Below, one piece after another: positions 28,119-37,258 of a DNA stretch of 64,000 nucleotides (position 1 is the first letter of the stretch; each line of letters begins with the position of its first letter). The stretch comes from Pseudomonadota bacterium (GTDB lineage: Bacteria; Pseudomonadota; Alphaproteobacteria; Rhizobiales; Pleomorphomonadaceae). The notes below the pieces were generated by a model. It did no database searches and was not told the DNA's origin. It saw nothing but the letters and a program-made list of their open reading frames with translations. The stretch is from contig JAGSYU010000006.1 of NCBI GenBank assembly GCA_018262575.1, forward strand, positions 7,528 to 71,527, given 5' to 3'. The position numbers and the translations under genes are program-made.

Positions 28119-29219
28119 ATGGACATGCAGATTTTCACCGTTGCGCAGGCCGCCGCCGTCACATACGGCGTGCCGGCCGCGTGGATCGCCGCCATCATCG
28201 CCAAGGAAAGCAACGGCGCCGTTTATGCGACCGTTCACGGCAACAGGTTGCCACTCATCCGCTGGGAGGGGCACTACTTCTATCAGCGCCTCAAGGGTGC
28301 CGCCCTCAATATGGCCGTCGCAAAGAAGCTGGCGGCGCCGAAAGCGGGTGCCGTCAAGAACCCGAAGGAACAGGAAAAGCGCTGGCGCAAGCTGGTGGAG
28401 CCGGCCTGTTCGATCGATATGGACGCCGCGCATGAGAGCATGAGTTGGGGCGTCGGCCAGGTCATGGGCGCGCACTGGAAACGGCTCGGTTTTGCGAGCG
28501 TCGCCGACTTGGTCAAAATGGCCTGTTCTGGCCTCTATGGCCAGGTCGACGTCATGATGCGCTATTGCCGTGAGTTCGGCCTGCTCGACGAGCTGCAACG
28601 CGGTGATGCGTTGGGGTTCGCTCGTGGCTACAACGGCCCTAAGGCTCCGGCATCCTACGCCGACGATATCGAACGCCTGGCGCTGGACTACGGCGGCGAA
28701 GTCAACACGGCGGGCGTGGCCGGCATGCTTCGTATGGGCATGCGCGGCGCCAAGGTGCGCGAGCTGCAATCGCTGCTCAACCGTACCGGGGCCGCGCTCA
28801 CGGTCGACAGCGACTTCGGGCCGACCACCAAGGATGCGCTCGTCATCTTCCAGCGCAAGAACGGCTTGAAGGTGGACGGCCTCGCCGGCCCCGAGACCGT
28901 GCGGGCACTGTCGGCTTACCGTGTGGCGCCGGACGAGGCGCTTGGCGTCGTCGGCCCGTTGCAGACGGCCGAGGCGCGCCAGGGTGGATCATCGATCGGC
29001 GGCGGCGTCGTCGTGCTCGAGGCGGCCAAACAGGTTCAGCCGTATGTCGACCAGCTCAACCAGACGGCCGACAAGCTGCAATCGCTGTCCTCTCTCTCCG
29101 ATCTCGCCGGCTACGCGACGACGGCGCTCTATGTGGCTGGCGGCGTGCTCATCCTCGGCGGGCTCGTGTGGGCCGGCCTCGGTTGGCTCAAGAGCCGGCG
29201 GACGGATGGCTGGGCGTGA
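28119..29219 (+). CDS. Endolysin: N-acetylmuramidase (DUF3380) + PG-binding domain + C-terminal TM segment
   Basis: KESNG, IRWEGHYF, SWGVGQVMG.HW, FARGYNG; LRMG.RG..VRELQ...FQ..NGLKVDGLAGPET. Confidence 0.9.
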   Translation: MDMQIFTVAQAAAVTYGVPAAWIAAIIAKESNGAVYATVHGNRLPLIRWEGHYFYQRLKGAALNMAVAKKLAAPKAGAVKNPKEQEKRWRKLVEPACSIDMDAAHESMSWGVGQVMGAHWKRLGFASVADLVKMACSGLYGQVDVMMRYCREFGLLDELQRGDALGFARGYNGPKAPASYADDIERLALDYGGEVNTAGVAGMLRMGMRGAKVRELQSLLNRTGAALTVDSDFGPTTKDALVIFQRKNGLKVDGLAGPETVRALSAYRVAPDEALGVVGPLQTAEARQGGSSIGGGVVVLEAAKQVQPYVDQLNQTADKLQSLSSLSDLAGYATTALYVAGGVLILGGLVWAGLGWLKSRRTDGWA

Positions 29220-29476
29220 TGGCGGCCATCCTCTGGGCGGCCAAGCATTGGCGTCTCGTCGCGGCCGGAATGGCCGCCCTCGCCCTGCTGGTTGCCGCCT
29301 GGTGGCTGATCGACTTTGGCCGAGGGATTGAGCGGGTCGGACAAGATCGCGGCTCTCTGAACAACTGGCGCGATAGGAGCGCGATCGACGATGCGATGCA
29401 GACCGATGACGATGTGGCGCTCTGCATGCGCCTTGGTGGCGGCGGCGACTGTCGGGGCTTGCGCGTCGGCCGGTAG
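29219..29476 (+). CDS. Probable inner-membrane spanin (Rz-like)
   Basis: N-terminal TM helix; follows endolysin; overlapped by a lipoprotein ORF. Confidence 0.6.
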   Translation: MAAILWAAKHWRLVAAGMAALALLVAAWWLIDFGRGIERVGQDRGSLNNWRDRSAIDDAMQTDDDVALCMRLGGGGDCRGLRVGR

Positions 29477-29609
29477 CACCTGCGACGGCTGGCGGCCGAT
29501 CCCGCTCAAGCCGGCGTCGGCAGTCTACCTGGTTGGCAATGACAGGCCGGCGGCCGAGGCGATCGCCGGGCATTCGGAGTTTGGCCGCAAGAAGTGTGGG
29601 TGGAAGTGA
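29412..29609 (+). CDS. Probable outer-membrane spanin lipoprotein (Rz1-like)
   Basis: Lipobox VGAC; CDGWRPI...CGW; different frame overlapping the i-spanin. Confidence 0.65.
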   Translation: MWRSACALVAAATVGACASAGSTCDGWRPIPLKPASAVYLVGNDRPAAEAIAGHSEFGRKKCGWK

Positions 29610-29893
29610 TGCCAGACCTCCGGAAGGACATTCCTCTTCCAACCATCATCGCCTTGGTGACGCTCGCCATGGCGCTGGCCGGCGGCTGGACAGACCTAAA
29701 GGCCAGCATCACGAGCACGGAAGCGAAGGTGTTCGATCACGATCGGCGCTTAGGCGAGATCGAGGCGGATGGGAAAGCCGGCCGAGCCGACAACACGCGC
29801 GTCCTACAGGATATCGCCGAGATCAAGACCGACTTGAGATACTTGCGCCAGGCGATGGAGCGCGATGACGCGTTGGTAAACAGGAGGCAATGA
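29609..29893 (+). CDS. Single-TM coiled-coil protein (holin-like)
   Basis: N-terminal TM plus coiled coil in the lysis cassette; TGATG coupling. Confidence 0.55.
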   Translation: MPDLRKDIPLPTIIALVTLAMALAGGWTDLKASITSTEAKVFDHDRRLGEIEADGKAGRADNTRVLQDIAEIKTDLRYLRQAMERDDALVNRRQ

Positions 29894-30819
29894 TGGCAGG
29901 TATGCTCACAACCTTCGCTGGCAAGCTCTTTTCACTCTTGCCCGATGGAATGACGAAAGTTGGCGCCGTTCTACTGGTCGATAAAGATGGCAACCCGATC
30001 GGCGCGTCTGGCGGCTTGGTATCCGAAGCGGCGGGTGCCGTCTCTACCGTCAGCGGCCCACTGGCGACGGCGGGGGATGCCATCATCATCCCGCTTGCCG
30101 GCTTCAACGGCGCCGTGTTCGCATTTTCTGGCGTCTTCACTGGTCTCGGCGGTGCCTTTGAGGCGAGCTACAACGACGGCGCCAACTATGTTGCCGTTTC
30201 GGCGGTGAGCGTCGGCGGCGGATCTCCCGTCACCACGGTTTCTTCGCTGGCGGCGGCTGCGGCTTACGAAGTGTATGCGGCTGGCGCCACCCACGTTCGG
30301 TTCCGCGTCACAGCCATTTCTACCGGTCCCGCCGCGGCGATCGCGCGACCGTTCGTCTTTGCCGCAGATCCCGCTCCCGGTGTTGCCGGCGGTACGCTCA
30401 CTCTCTCGGCCATCAGTTCGTCGAGCAACACCATCATCGGGGACGTGAGCAATTCGCCGCGCACGACGTCCGGCGGCTTATCCAGCTTGAACCGCCTCCT
30501 TTCGGCCATCGCTTCTACCAACGCGACTTTGGTCAAGGGCGCCGCCGGCCGGCTCTACAAGGCGCGAGGCTACAACGCGGCGGCGGCCGTCCGTTACCTC
30601 AAGCTCTACAACAAGGCCAGCGCACCGACAGTTGGTACCGATACGCCTGTCGTAACCTTGCCGTTGGCACCCTCGGCGGTCTTCGACATCGATCTTGTGC
30701 CGATCGGGCAATACTTTTCGACGGGCATTGCCTTCGCATTGACGACCGGCTCGGCCGACAGTGACACGGGCGCGGTGGCGGCTGGCGACGTGGTCGGTCT
30801 GGCGCTCTGGTACGCTTAA
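29890..30819 (+). CDS. Putative virion decoration/fibre protein (two beta-rich domains)
   Basis: Ala/Gly/Ser/Thr-rich beta pattern; YLKLYNKASAPTVGTDTP...FSTGI; aggagg RBS. Confidence 0.65.
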   Translation: MMAGMLTTFAGKLFSLLPDGMTKVGAVLLVDKDGNPIGASGGLVSEAAGAVSTVSGPLATAGDAIIIPLAGFNGAVFAFSGVFTGLGGAFEASYNDGANYVAVSAVSVGGGSPVTTVSSLAAAAAYEVYAAGATHVRFRVTAISTGPAAAIARPFVFAADPAPGVAGGTLTLSAISSSSNTIIGDVSNSPRTTSGGLSSLNRLLSAIASTNATLVKGAAGRLYKARGYNAAAAVRYLKLYNKASAPTVGTDTPVVTLPLAPSAVFDIDLVPIGQYFSTGIAFALTTGSADSDTGAVAAGDVVGLALWYA

Positions 30820-30831
30820 TAGGAGGAAAAC

Positions 30832-31065
30832 ATGCGTTGGTGGCTTAACAAGAATGGCGAGAACACCGGGATCAACTTCGACGATGGCGTCGTCGCCCCA
30901 GAGACGGATGGCCATGGTCCCGGCCCTGGTGAAGATGGCTTTACGCGCGATTTGGTCGACGCTGAGTGCTCACGCCGGACTGCGGACGAGGGCGGCGATT
31001 GGACCGCTGACTATTGCGACGTGACGTGGCTCCCGGTCCCTACGGCACCGAACGAAAATGAATGA
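30832..31065 (+). CDS. Small acidic phage hypothetical protein
   Basis: aggagga RBS; last ORF before att. Confidence 0.6.
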   Translation: MRWWLNKNGENTGINFDDGVVAPETDGHGPGPGEDGFTRDLVDAECSRRTADEGGDWTADYCDVTWLPVPTAPNENE

Positions 31066-31095
31066 AAAGAACGTAATTGTCGGGAAAAGAATACC

Positions 31096-31108
31096 TAACA
31101 TATTGATT
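31096..31108 (-). promoter_or_regulatory. IHF-binding site in att arm
   Basis: TAACATATTGATT is the reverse complement of WATCAANNNNTTR. Confidence 0.55.
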
Positions 31109-31123
31109 TATAAAGATTTTAAA

Positions 31124-31172
31124 GTGACTGTTAATCACCGGGTCGTAGGTTCGAGTCCTACTCGCGGAGCCA
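31124..31172 (+). other. attR core: 3' half of tRNA-Asn(GTT)
   Basis: GTGA-CTGTTAA-TCAC anticodon arm, T-arm GTAGG-TTCGAGT-CCTAC, acceptor 3' strand and CCA; no D-arm or 5' half upstream. Confidence 0.92.
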
Positions 31173-31253
31173 TCGGTTTCCCCGTGAAATCAATTGGTTG
31201 ATACAAAGCGTTGTGCTGCGGCTCGGGCAGTCATGCGTCTTTGTCGCATCCCC

Positions 31254-32414
31254 TCACGACGGGATCGAGAAAAAGCTGTCAATCGCCAGCGCCGCCGCGC
31301 CGCGCGCCCAGGCGTCGTCGTTCCAGAACTCGACGAACACCTCGGTGCCCCGCTGGAAGTTCTTTTCCTTCAGCGTGGCGACCAGGGGATCGAGCAGCGC
31401 CGGTCCGAACAGCACGCCCTCGCCGCCAATCACCATGGTCTCCGGGTCGAACAGGCTGGCAAAGGTAGCCGCCGCCGCGCCGAGCCGCCGACCGGCGGTA
31501 TCGAGGATCTCGCGCGCCACGGCGTCGCCGGCCGCCGCCAGCGCCGCCAGGGCGGCTGGATCGATGGTTCGGTCGGACGGCCTGACGATGTCATAGGAGT
31601 TGACGATAGCCGGCAACGAGGTCACCGCCTCGAGGCAGCCGAGTCGGCCGCACTCGCAACGCGGACCACCCTCGACCACGGTAAGGTGACCAATCTCGCC
31701 AGCGCCGCCGTAACGGCCACGCAGCAACTGGCCGTCGACGATCATCGCCGCGCCGATGCCGCGACCAAAGGAAAACACCGCCAGGGACGAGGCCCGCCGT
31801 CCGGCGCCGAACAGGTGTTCGGCCAGCGCGAAGGCGTTGACGTCGTTGTCGACCCAGACCGGCACGCCGGCCAGGTGACCGATCAGCGCGGCGATCGGCA
31901 CGTCCTTCCAGCCGAACCGGTCGCAGCGCAGGCAGATGCCGCGCTCGGCGTCGTGCTGGCCGGGCATGGCGAGACCGATGCCGATCAGCCGCCGCTTGTC
32001 CTCGCCTGAGCGCTCGAGAAGTTGGGCGAGCGCATCGGCGATCGCTTGCGCCACCGCCTGTGGCGAGCGCGCGTCGACATCGGCGGTCAGGGTGTCGATG
32101 ACATTGGTGCCGAGGTCCGTGAGCGTCGCCCGAAAGCTGTGCTCCATCAGCTTGACACCCAGCGCCACATGACCAGCGTAATTGAGATCGAGCCGCGTCA
32201 TCCTGCGCCGGCCACCGTCAGCCACAGCGTCGAGTTCGACGATGACCTGCTGCTCCAGCAATTCGGACGACACATAGGAGATCGCCGCCGGGCTAAGTCC
32301 CGTCGCGGTGGCGATGTCCGAGCGGGCTGTCGGGCCATGCCGGCGCAGATGGTTGAGCAGCAGCAAGCGGTTGAGGGTACGCGAAGTGCTCTGGTTTCCC
32401 TTCAGGGAGGGCAT
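31254..32414 (-). CDS. ROK-family transcriptional repressor
   Basis: N-terminal HTH, VDNDVNA, GRGIG, GEIGH, CECGRLGCLE. Confidence 0.93.
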   Translation of the reverse strand: MPSLKGNQSTSRTLNRLLLLNHLRRHGPTARSDIATATGLSPAAISYVSSELLEQQVIVELDAVADGGRRRMTRLDLNYAGHVALGVKLMEHSFRATLTDLGTNVIDTLTADVDARSPQAVAQAIADALAQLLERSGEDKRRLIGIGLAMPGQHDAERGICLRCDRFGWKDVPIAALIGHLAGVPVWVDNDVNAFALAEHLFGAGRRASSLAVFSFGRGIGAAMIVDGQLLRGRYGGAGEIGHLTVVEGGPRCECGRLGCLEAVTSLPAIVNSYDIVRPSDRTIDPAALAALAAAGDAVAREILDTAGRRLGAAAATFASLFDPETMVIGGEGVLFGPALLDPLVATLKEKNFQRGTEVFVEFWNDDAWARGAAALAIDSFFSIPS

Positions 32415-32620
32415 GAAGACGCTTTCGTTGCCAAGGCCGGCCGGCCCTGCTTGTTTCACTTATAGAAATGAAAGATGGCCGATTTCAACACCCCGGTTGT
32501 TTCCGGATGCCACCGCGATTGCCTGGTTCGGCCGAACCGACAACGACCAAGATACTGACTAAGCCGATGAAATAAAGCATTCTTTGGCGCCTCCCTCCTC
32601 CCTCCCATCCCCGCACGCGA

Positions 32621-32682
32621 TAAATTTCGAGAATCGAATTTATGCCGCTTGACTCATACTCCGTTTCATTTAATTAATTGAA
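32621..32682. promoter_or_regulatory. Candidate ROK operator(s) and promoter
   Basis: AT-flanked TT-N9-AA (32626-32638); TTGACT at 32649; near-palindrome TTCATTTAATTAATTGAA at 32665-32682. Confidence 0.45.
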
Positions 32683-32700
32683 GCCACAGTTCGGTCAACC

Positions 32701-34053
32701 ATGGCGGTCGTCAGCATGCCTCGTTCCACCCGCGCCCAGTTTCCCACCGCCTTCCGGTGGGGCGTCTCCACCTCCGCCTTGCAGATCGAAGGTGGATCGG
32801 ACGCCGACGGTCGCCGGCCATCGGTCTGGGATAGCTTTGCCGCCGAGCCGGGACACGTCCGGAATGGCGACACGCCAGCGGTGGCCTGCGACCACTATCA
32901 CCGCTGGCCGGAAGACCTCGACCTCGTGAAGGCGCTCGGCGTCGGCGCCTACCGTTTTTCCGTCTCCTGGCCGCGCATCCTGCCGACGGGAACCGGGGCG
33001 GTGAACGAAGCGGGCCTTGCCTTCTACGATCGCCTCGTCGACGGGCTTCTCGAACGCGGCATCGAACCCTGGTTGACGCTCTACCATTGGGATCTGCCGC
33101 AGCCGCTCGAGGATGCCGGCGGCTGGCCGCGCCGGGACACCGCCCTCGCCTTCGCCGATTTCGCCGACGTGGTGTCCCGCCGTCTCGGCGACCGCGTCAA
33201 GCGCTGGATCACCCACAACGAGCCCTGGTGCAGCACCATCAAGGGCTATTACGAGGGCGAGTTCGCGCCGGGCAAGCGCGACCTTGCCGCGGCGATGCAG
33301 GCCACCCACCACGTTCTGCTGTCACATGGTCTGGCACTGCCGGTACTCAGGGCCAACGTCACTGATGCGAGCTGCGGCATCGCGCTCAGCTTGCACCCCA
33401 TCCACACGGCGTCCGGCTCCGAGGCCGACCGCCTTGCCGCCCTCCGCCACGATGGCCTCAGGAACCGCTGGTTCCTCGACCCGCTGCATGGCCGCGGCTA
33501 CCCTGAGGATGTCTTGCTGGAGTTGGGCGACGCCGCGCCAACGATCGTCGACGGCGACCTGGCGACCATCGCCGGCCAAACCGATTTCCTCGGCATCAAC
33601 TATTACTTTCGCGAGATCATCGCCGACGACCCGAGAGGGGCGCCGATGCGGTCGCGCGTCGTCGAGACGGATGCCTCCGACGTCACCGGTTTTGGCTGGG
33701 AGGTTTATCCCGAAGGACTGACCGAGTTGCTTCTCCGCGTGACGCGTGACTATCAGCCGGCACCCATCGCCATCACCGAGAATGGCGCGACCTACCCCGA
33801 CGACGTGGGAGCGGACGGCAAAATCCACGACGACAAGCGCGCCGTTTACATCCACCGCCATATCGACGCCCTGCGCGCGGCAATGGACGGCGGCGTCGAT
33901 CTCACGGGCTATTTCGTCTGGAGCCTTCTCGACAATTTCGAGTGGGCGGAGGGCTATTCCAAGCGGTTCGGCCTGGTGCACGTCGATTTCGAGACTCAGA
34001 CGCGGACCATGAAGCAAAGCGGCCGCTGGCTCGCCGACTTTTTGAAGGCGTGA
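32701..34053 (+). CDS. GH1 beta-glucosidase
   Basis: FRWGVSTSALQIEG, YRFSVSWPR, TLYHWDLP, HNEP, ITENG, WSLLDNFEW. Confidence 0.95.
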   Translation: MAVVSMPRSTRAQFPTAFRWGVSTSALQIEGGSDADGRRPSVWDSFAAEPGHVRNGDTPAVACDHYHRWPEDLDLVKALGVGAYRFSVSWPRILPTGTGAVNEAGLAFYDRLVDGLLERGIEPWLTLYHWDLPQPLEDAGGWPRRDTALAFADFADVVSRRLGDRVKRWITHNEPWCSTIKGYYEGEFAPGKRDLAAAMQATHHVLLSHGLALPVLRANVTDASCGIALSLHPIHTASGSEADRLAALRHDGLRNRWFLDPLHGRGYPEDVLLELGDAAPTIVDGDLATIAGQTDFLGINYYFREIIADDPRGAPMRSRVVETDASDVTGFGWEVYPEGLTELLLRVTRDYQPAPIAITENGATYPDDVGADGKIHDDKRAVYIHRHIDALRAAMDGGVDLTGYFVWSLLDNFEWAEGYSKRFGLVHVDFETQTRTMKQSGRWLADFLKA

Positions 34054-34167
34054 TCCAAGAGCGGACGTGATTTTCATCCTGGCGTCCCCGCATCCTCGCG
34101 GGCCGCGGATGGCGATTTTGAAGGGACCCGACGGGAGAGTATCGGGTCGCGATGAAGGAGGAGAGAC

Positions 34168-35394
34168 ATGTTCACGAAGCTTGGAGTGCTGGGCACGGCA
34201 ATGGCCTTTGCCCTGACGACTACCACGCCGGTCTTCGCCGGCACCGCCGAGGTCATCCACTGGTGGACCAGCGGTGGCGAGGCGGCAGCGCTGAAAATTC
34301 TCGTCGAAGCCTATGAGAAAACGGGCAACACCTGGAAGGATAACCCGGTGGCCGGCGGCGAAGCGGCGCGCATGGTGGCCCGCACGCGCATCCTCGGCGG
34401 CGATCCGCCGACGTCCATGCAGTGGCAGGTTGGCGCCCCGCTGATGGCGCTCGCCGAGGAAGGCCAGCTCAACGACATCGACGCCGTCGCCAAGGATTGG
34501 GACACGCTGTTGCCGAAGGTGATCGCCGACAATGCCAAGTTCGAAGGCAAGTACGTCAGTGCGCCGATCGATATCCACGGCCATAACTGGCTGTGGGGCA
34601 ACCAGGCCGTTCTCGACGACGTTGGCATTGCCATGCCGAAGACCTGGGACGAGCTGATCGCCTCGGCCGACAAGATCCGCGCCAAGGGCTACATCCCGCT
34701 GGCGCTCGGTGGCCAGTCCTGGCAGGAGATCTTCGTCTTCGAGAGCATCCTGGTCGACGTCGGCGGTCGCGATTTCCTGACCAAGGTCACCTACGACCTT
34801 GATGATGCTGCGCTGCGCAGCCCCGAGATGCTGAAGGCCTTCGAGACCTTTGCCAAGGTGCGCGACCTCGTCGATCCCGGCAGCCCGAGCCGCGACTGGA
34901 ACATCACCGGCGGCCTGCTGATCAACGGCAAGGCGGCCTACATGATCATGGGCGACTGGCTGAAGGGCGAGTTCGTGGCGGCGGGCAAAGTTCCCGGCAA
35001 GGACATCGCCTGCGAGGTGTTCCCGGCCGGCGGCAAGACGCTGGTGTTCGGCACCGACTCCTTCGCCATGACGGCGGTGAAGGACCCTGCCCTGCGCGAA
35101 GCCCAGCTGGCGCTGGCCGCGACGATCATGGACCCGGTGGTGCAGAAGGAATTCAGCCTGCGCAAGGGCTCGATCCCACCGCGCCTCGGCATCGACAAGA
35201 CCGGCTTTGACGCCTGCGCCCAGATTGCCATGGGCGAAGCGGCCGAGGGGCACCTGTTCCTGGTGCCCGACAACGTCGCCGACGCCACCAGCATCGGTGC
35301 TCTGGTCGACCAGATGACCACCTTCCTGCACAGCAAGATGACCCCTCAGGAAGGCGTCACGGCCATGGCCGACGCCGTGGCGGCGACCCGCTGA
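34168..35394 (+). CDS. Sugar ABC transporter substrate-binding protein
   Basis: Signal peptide; HWWTSGGEAAAL; MGDW.KGE. Confidence 0.93.
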   Translation: MFTKLGVLGTAMAFALTTTTPVFAGTAEVIHWWTSGGEAAALKILVEAYEKTGNTWKDNPVAGGEAARMVARTRILGGDPPTSMQWQVGAPLMALAEEGQLNDIDAVAKDWDTLLPKVIADNAKFEGKYVSAPIDIHGHNWLWGNQAVLDDVGIAMPKTWDELIASADKIRAKGYIPLALGGQSWQEIFVFESILVDVGGRDFLTKVTYDLDDAALRSPEMLKAFETFAKVRDLVDPGSPSRDWNITGGLLINGKAAYMIMGDWLKGEFVAAGKVPGKDIACEVFPAGGKTLVFGTDSFAMTAVKDPALREAQLALAATIMDPVVQKEFSLRKGSIPPRLGIDKTGFDACAQIAMGEAAEGHLFLVPDNVADATSIGALVDQMTTFLHSKMTPQEGVTAMADAVAATR

Positions 35395-35472
35395 CGGGCT
35401 TTCGACACGATGTGCCGGCGGTGGTTGTCCACTGCCGGCACGCCTCCGATCCGTGAAGCGAAGGCTCCGATC

Positions 35473-36345
35473 ATGCGCAGATTTCTCCAGCGGCACATGT
35501 CGCAGATCGCCCTGTCGCCGTCCCTGGCGCTGATCGCGATCTTCCTCTACGGCTTCATCGCCTACACGGCGGCGGTCTCCACGACCAACAGCAAGGCCTT
35601 CCCGCGCTTCGACAATTTCGTTGGCCTCGAGCAGTACTGGCGCCTGTTGCACACGCCGCGCTGGCACGTCGCCTTCACCAACATGTTCCTGTTCGGCGGG
35701 CTGTTCCTGCTCGTCACCATTTCGCTCGGCCTCGTCATCGCCATCCTGATCGACCAGCGCATCCGCGCTGAAAGCTTCTTCCGGTCGATCGTCATGTATC
35801 CGATGGCCATGTCCTTCGTGGTGACCGGCATCATCTGGCAATGGCTGCTCAACCCCACCCTCGGCATCGAGGTGATGGTGCATCAGCTGGGCTTCACCAG
35901 CTTCCGCCTCGACTGGCTGACCAATCCCGACACCGTTATCTGGGCCCTGGTGGTTGCGGCCTTCTGGCAGGGCTGCGGCCTTGTCATGGCGCTGTTCCTC
36001 GCCGGCCTGCGCGGCATCGACGAAGACATCTGGAAGGCGGCGGCGATCGATGGCATTCCCGCCTGGCGGGTCTATGTCTTCATCGTCATCCCAATGCTGG
36101 CGCCGGTGTTCCTCACCGTCGTCGTGCTCTTGGCGCTGTCGATCGTCCGCTCGTTCGATCTGGTGGTGGCGCTGACCAACGGCGGCCCCGGCGTATCATC
36201 CGACCTGCCGTCGGTGTTCATGTTCGACATGGCGTTCCGCCGCACCAACCTTGGCCTGTCGGCCGCCTCGGCGGTGGTGATGCTCGGCACCGTGCTGGCG
36301 ATCCTGATCCCCTATCTCTACGCCGAAACGAGGGAGCGCGCCTGA
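35473..36345 (+). CDS. Sugar ABC transporter permease
   Basis: FVGLEQY, EAA-type loop AAAIDG, TNGGPG. Confidence 0.92.
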   Translation: MRRFLQRHMSQIALSPSLALIAIFLYGFIAYTAAVSTTNSKAFPRFDNFVGLEQYWRLLHTPRWHVAFTNMFLFGGLFLLVTISLGLVIAILIDQRIRAESFFRSIVMYPMAMSFVVTGIIWQWLLNPTLGIEVMVHQLGFTSFRLDWLTNPDTVIWALVVAAFWQGCGLVMALFLAGLRGIDEDIWKAAAIDGIPAWRVYVFIVIPMLAPVFLTVVVLLALSIVRSFDLVVALTNGGPGVSSDLPSVFMFDMAFRRTNLGLSAASAVVMLGTVLAILIPYLYAETRERA

Positions 36346-37253
36346 TGCCGGCCCTGACAAACGCACTGCCCAGGAGATCCGGCTGGCTGACGCCGCGGCG
36401 GCGCAAGGCCATCCTGACGCGCGGGTTTCTCTATTTTCTTCTGGTGATCGTCGCCGCCTTTTTCGCCGGTCCCCTCTACATCCTGCTCAGCACGTCCTTC
36501 AAGACGATGCCGGAGATCCAATCGGGCGGGTTGATGACGCTGCCGCACGAACCGACGGTCCAGCCTTGGATCACCGCCTGGGGCGAGGCTTGCATCGGCA
36601 TCACCTGCGGTGGCCTGAAAGGCTATTTCGGCAACTCGATGGTGATGACCATCCCGGCCGTGCTGATCTCGGTGATGATCGGCGCCATCAACGGTTACGC
36701 GCTGGCCAAATGGCCGTTTCCGGGTGCCCGCTTCGTGTTCGCCGCGCTGGTCGCCGGCAACTTCGTGCCGTTCCAGGTGGTGCTGGCGCCAGTCGCCGTG
36801 ACGCTCCGCACGCTCGGCCTGTTCGGCTCGGTCGAAGGGCTGATCCTGATCCACGTGATCTACGGCATCCCCATCACCACCATGCTGTTCCGCAACTTCT
36901 TCCTGTCGGTGCCCAACGACCTGATCAAGGCAGCACGCATCGACGGCGCCGGCTTCTTCTGGATCTTCTTCCGCATCGTGCTGCCGCTGTCGCCATCGGT
37001 GATCGTCGTGGCGCTGATCCTGCAGTTCACCGGCATCTGGAACGACTTCCTGTTCGCCGTTTCCTTCTCCAATCCGTCGAGCGCACCGATGACGGTCGCC
37101 CTCAACAACCTGGTCAACTCCAATTTCGGGGTGAAGGAATACAACGTCCACATGGCGGCGACGGTGATCGCCGCCGCCCCCACCCTCATCCTCTACATCC
37201 TGCTGGGCCGCTACTTCCTGCGCGGCATGACCGCCGGGGCCGTCAAGGGTTGA
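36345..37253 (+). CDS. Sugar ABC transporter permease
   Basis: AARIDGA loop, IWNDFL, GMTAGAVKG end; TGATG coupling. Confidence 0.92.
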   Translation: MPALTNALPRRSGWLTPRRRKAILTRGFLYFLLVIVAAFFAGPLYILLSTSFKTMPEIQSGGLMTLPHEPTVQPWITAWGEACIGITCGGLKGYFGNSMVMTIPAVLISVMIGAINGYALAKWPFPGARFVFAALVAGNFVPFQVVLAPVAVTLRTLGLFGSVEGLILIHVIYGIPITTMLFRNFFLSVPNDLIKAARIDGAGFFWIFFRIVLPLSPSVIVVALILQFTGIWNDFLFAVSFSNPSSAPMTVALNNLVNSNFGVKEYNVHMAATVIAAAPTLILYILLGRYFLRGMTAGAVKG

Positions 37254-37258
37254 CCGTC

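Larger units (their letters stand above)
1..31172 (+). mobile_element. Prophage (temperate podovirus-like, T7-type head/tail/ejection module), right part, integrated in tRNA-Asn
   Basis: Co-oriented run of primase, helicase, terminase, portal, capsid, tail, ejection, fibre and lysis genes ending at a tRNA 3' fragment; left end and integrase lie outside the window. Confidence 0.95.

Noticed and set aside
31124-31172. Intact tRNA-Asn gene
   Set aside because: The 5' acceptor strand and D-arm are absent; it is only the att duplication
32590-32612. Cuckoo-type sRNA (CCTCCTCCC motif)
   Set aside because: Single motif without the tandem flanking hairpins expected
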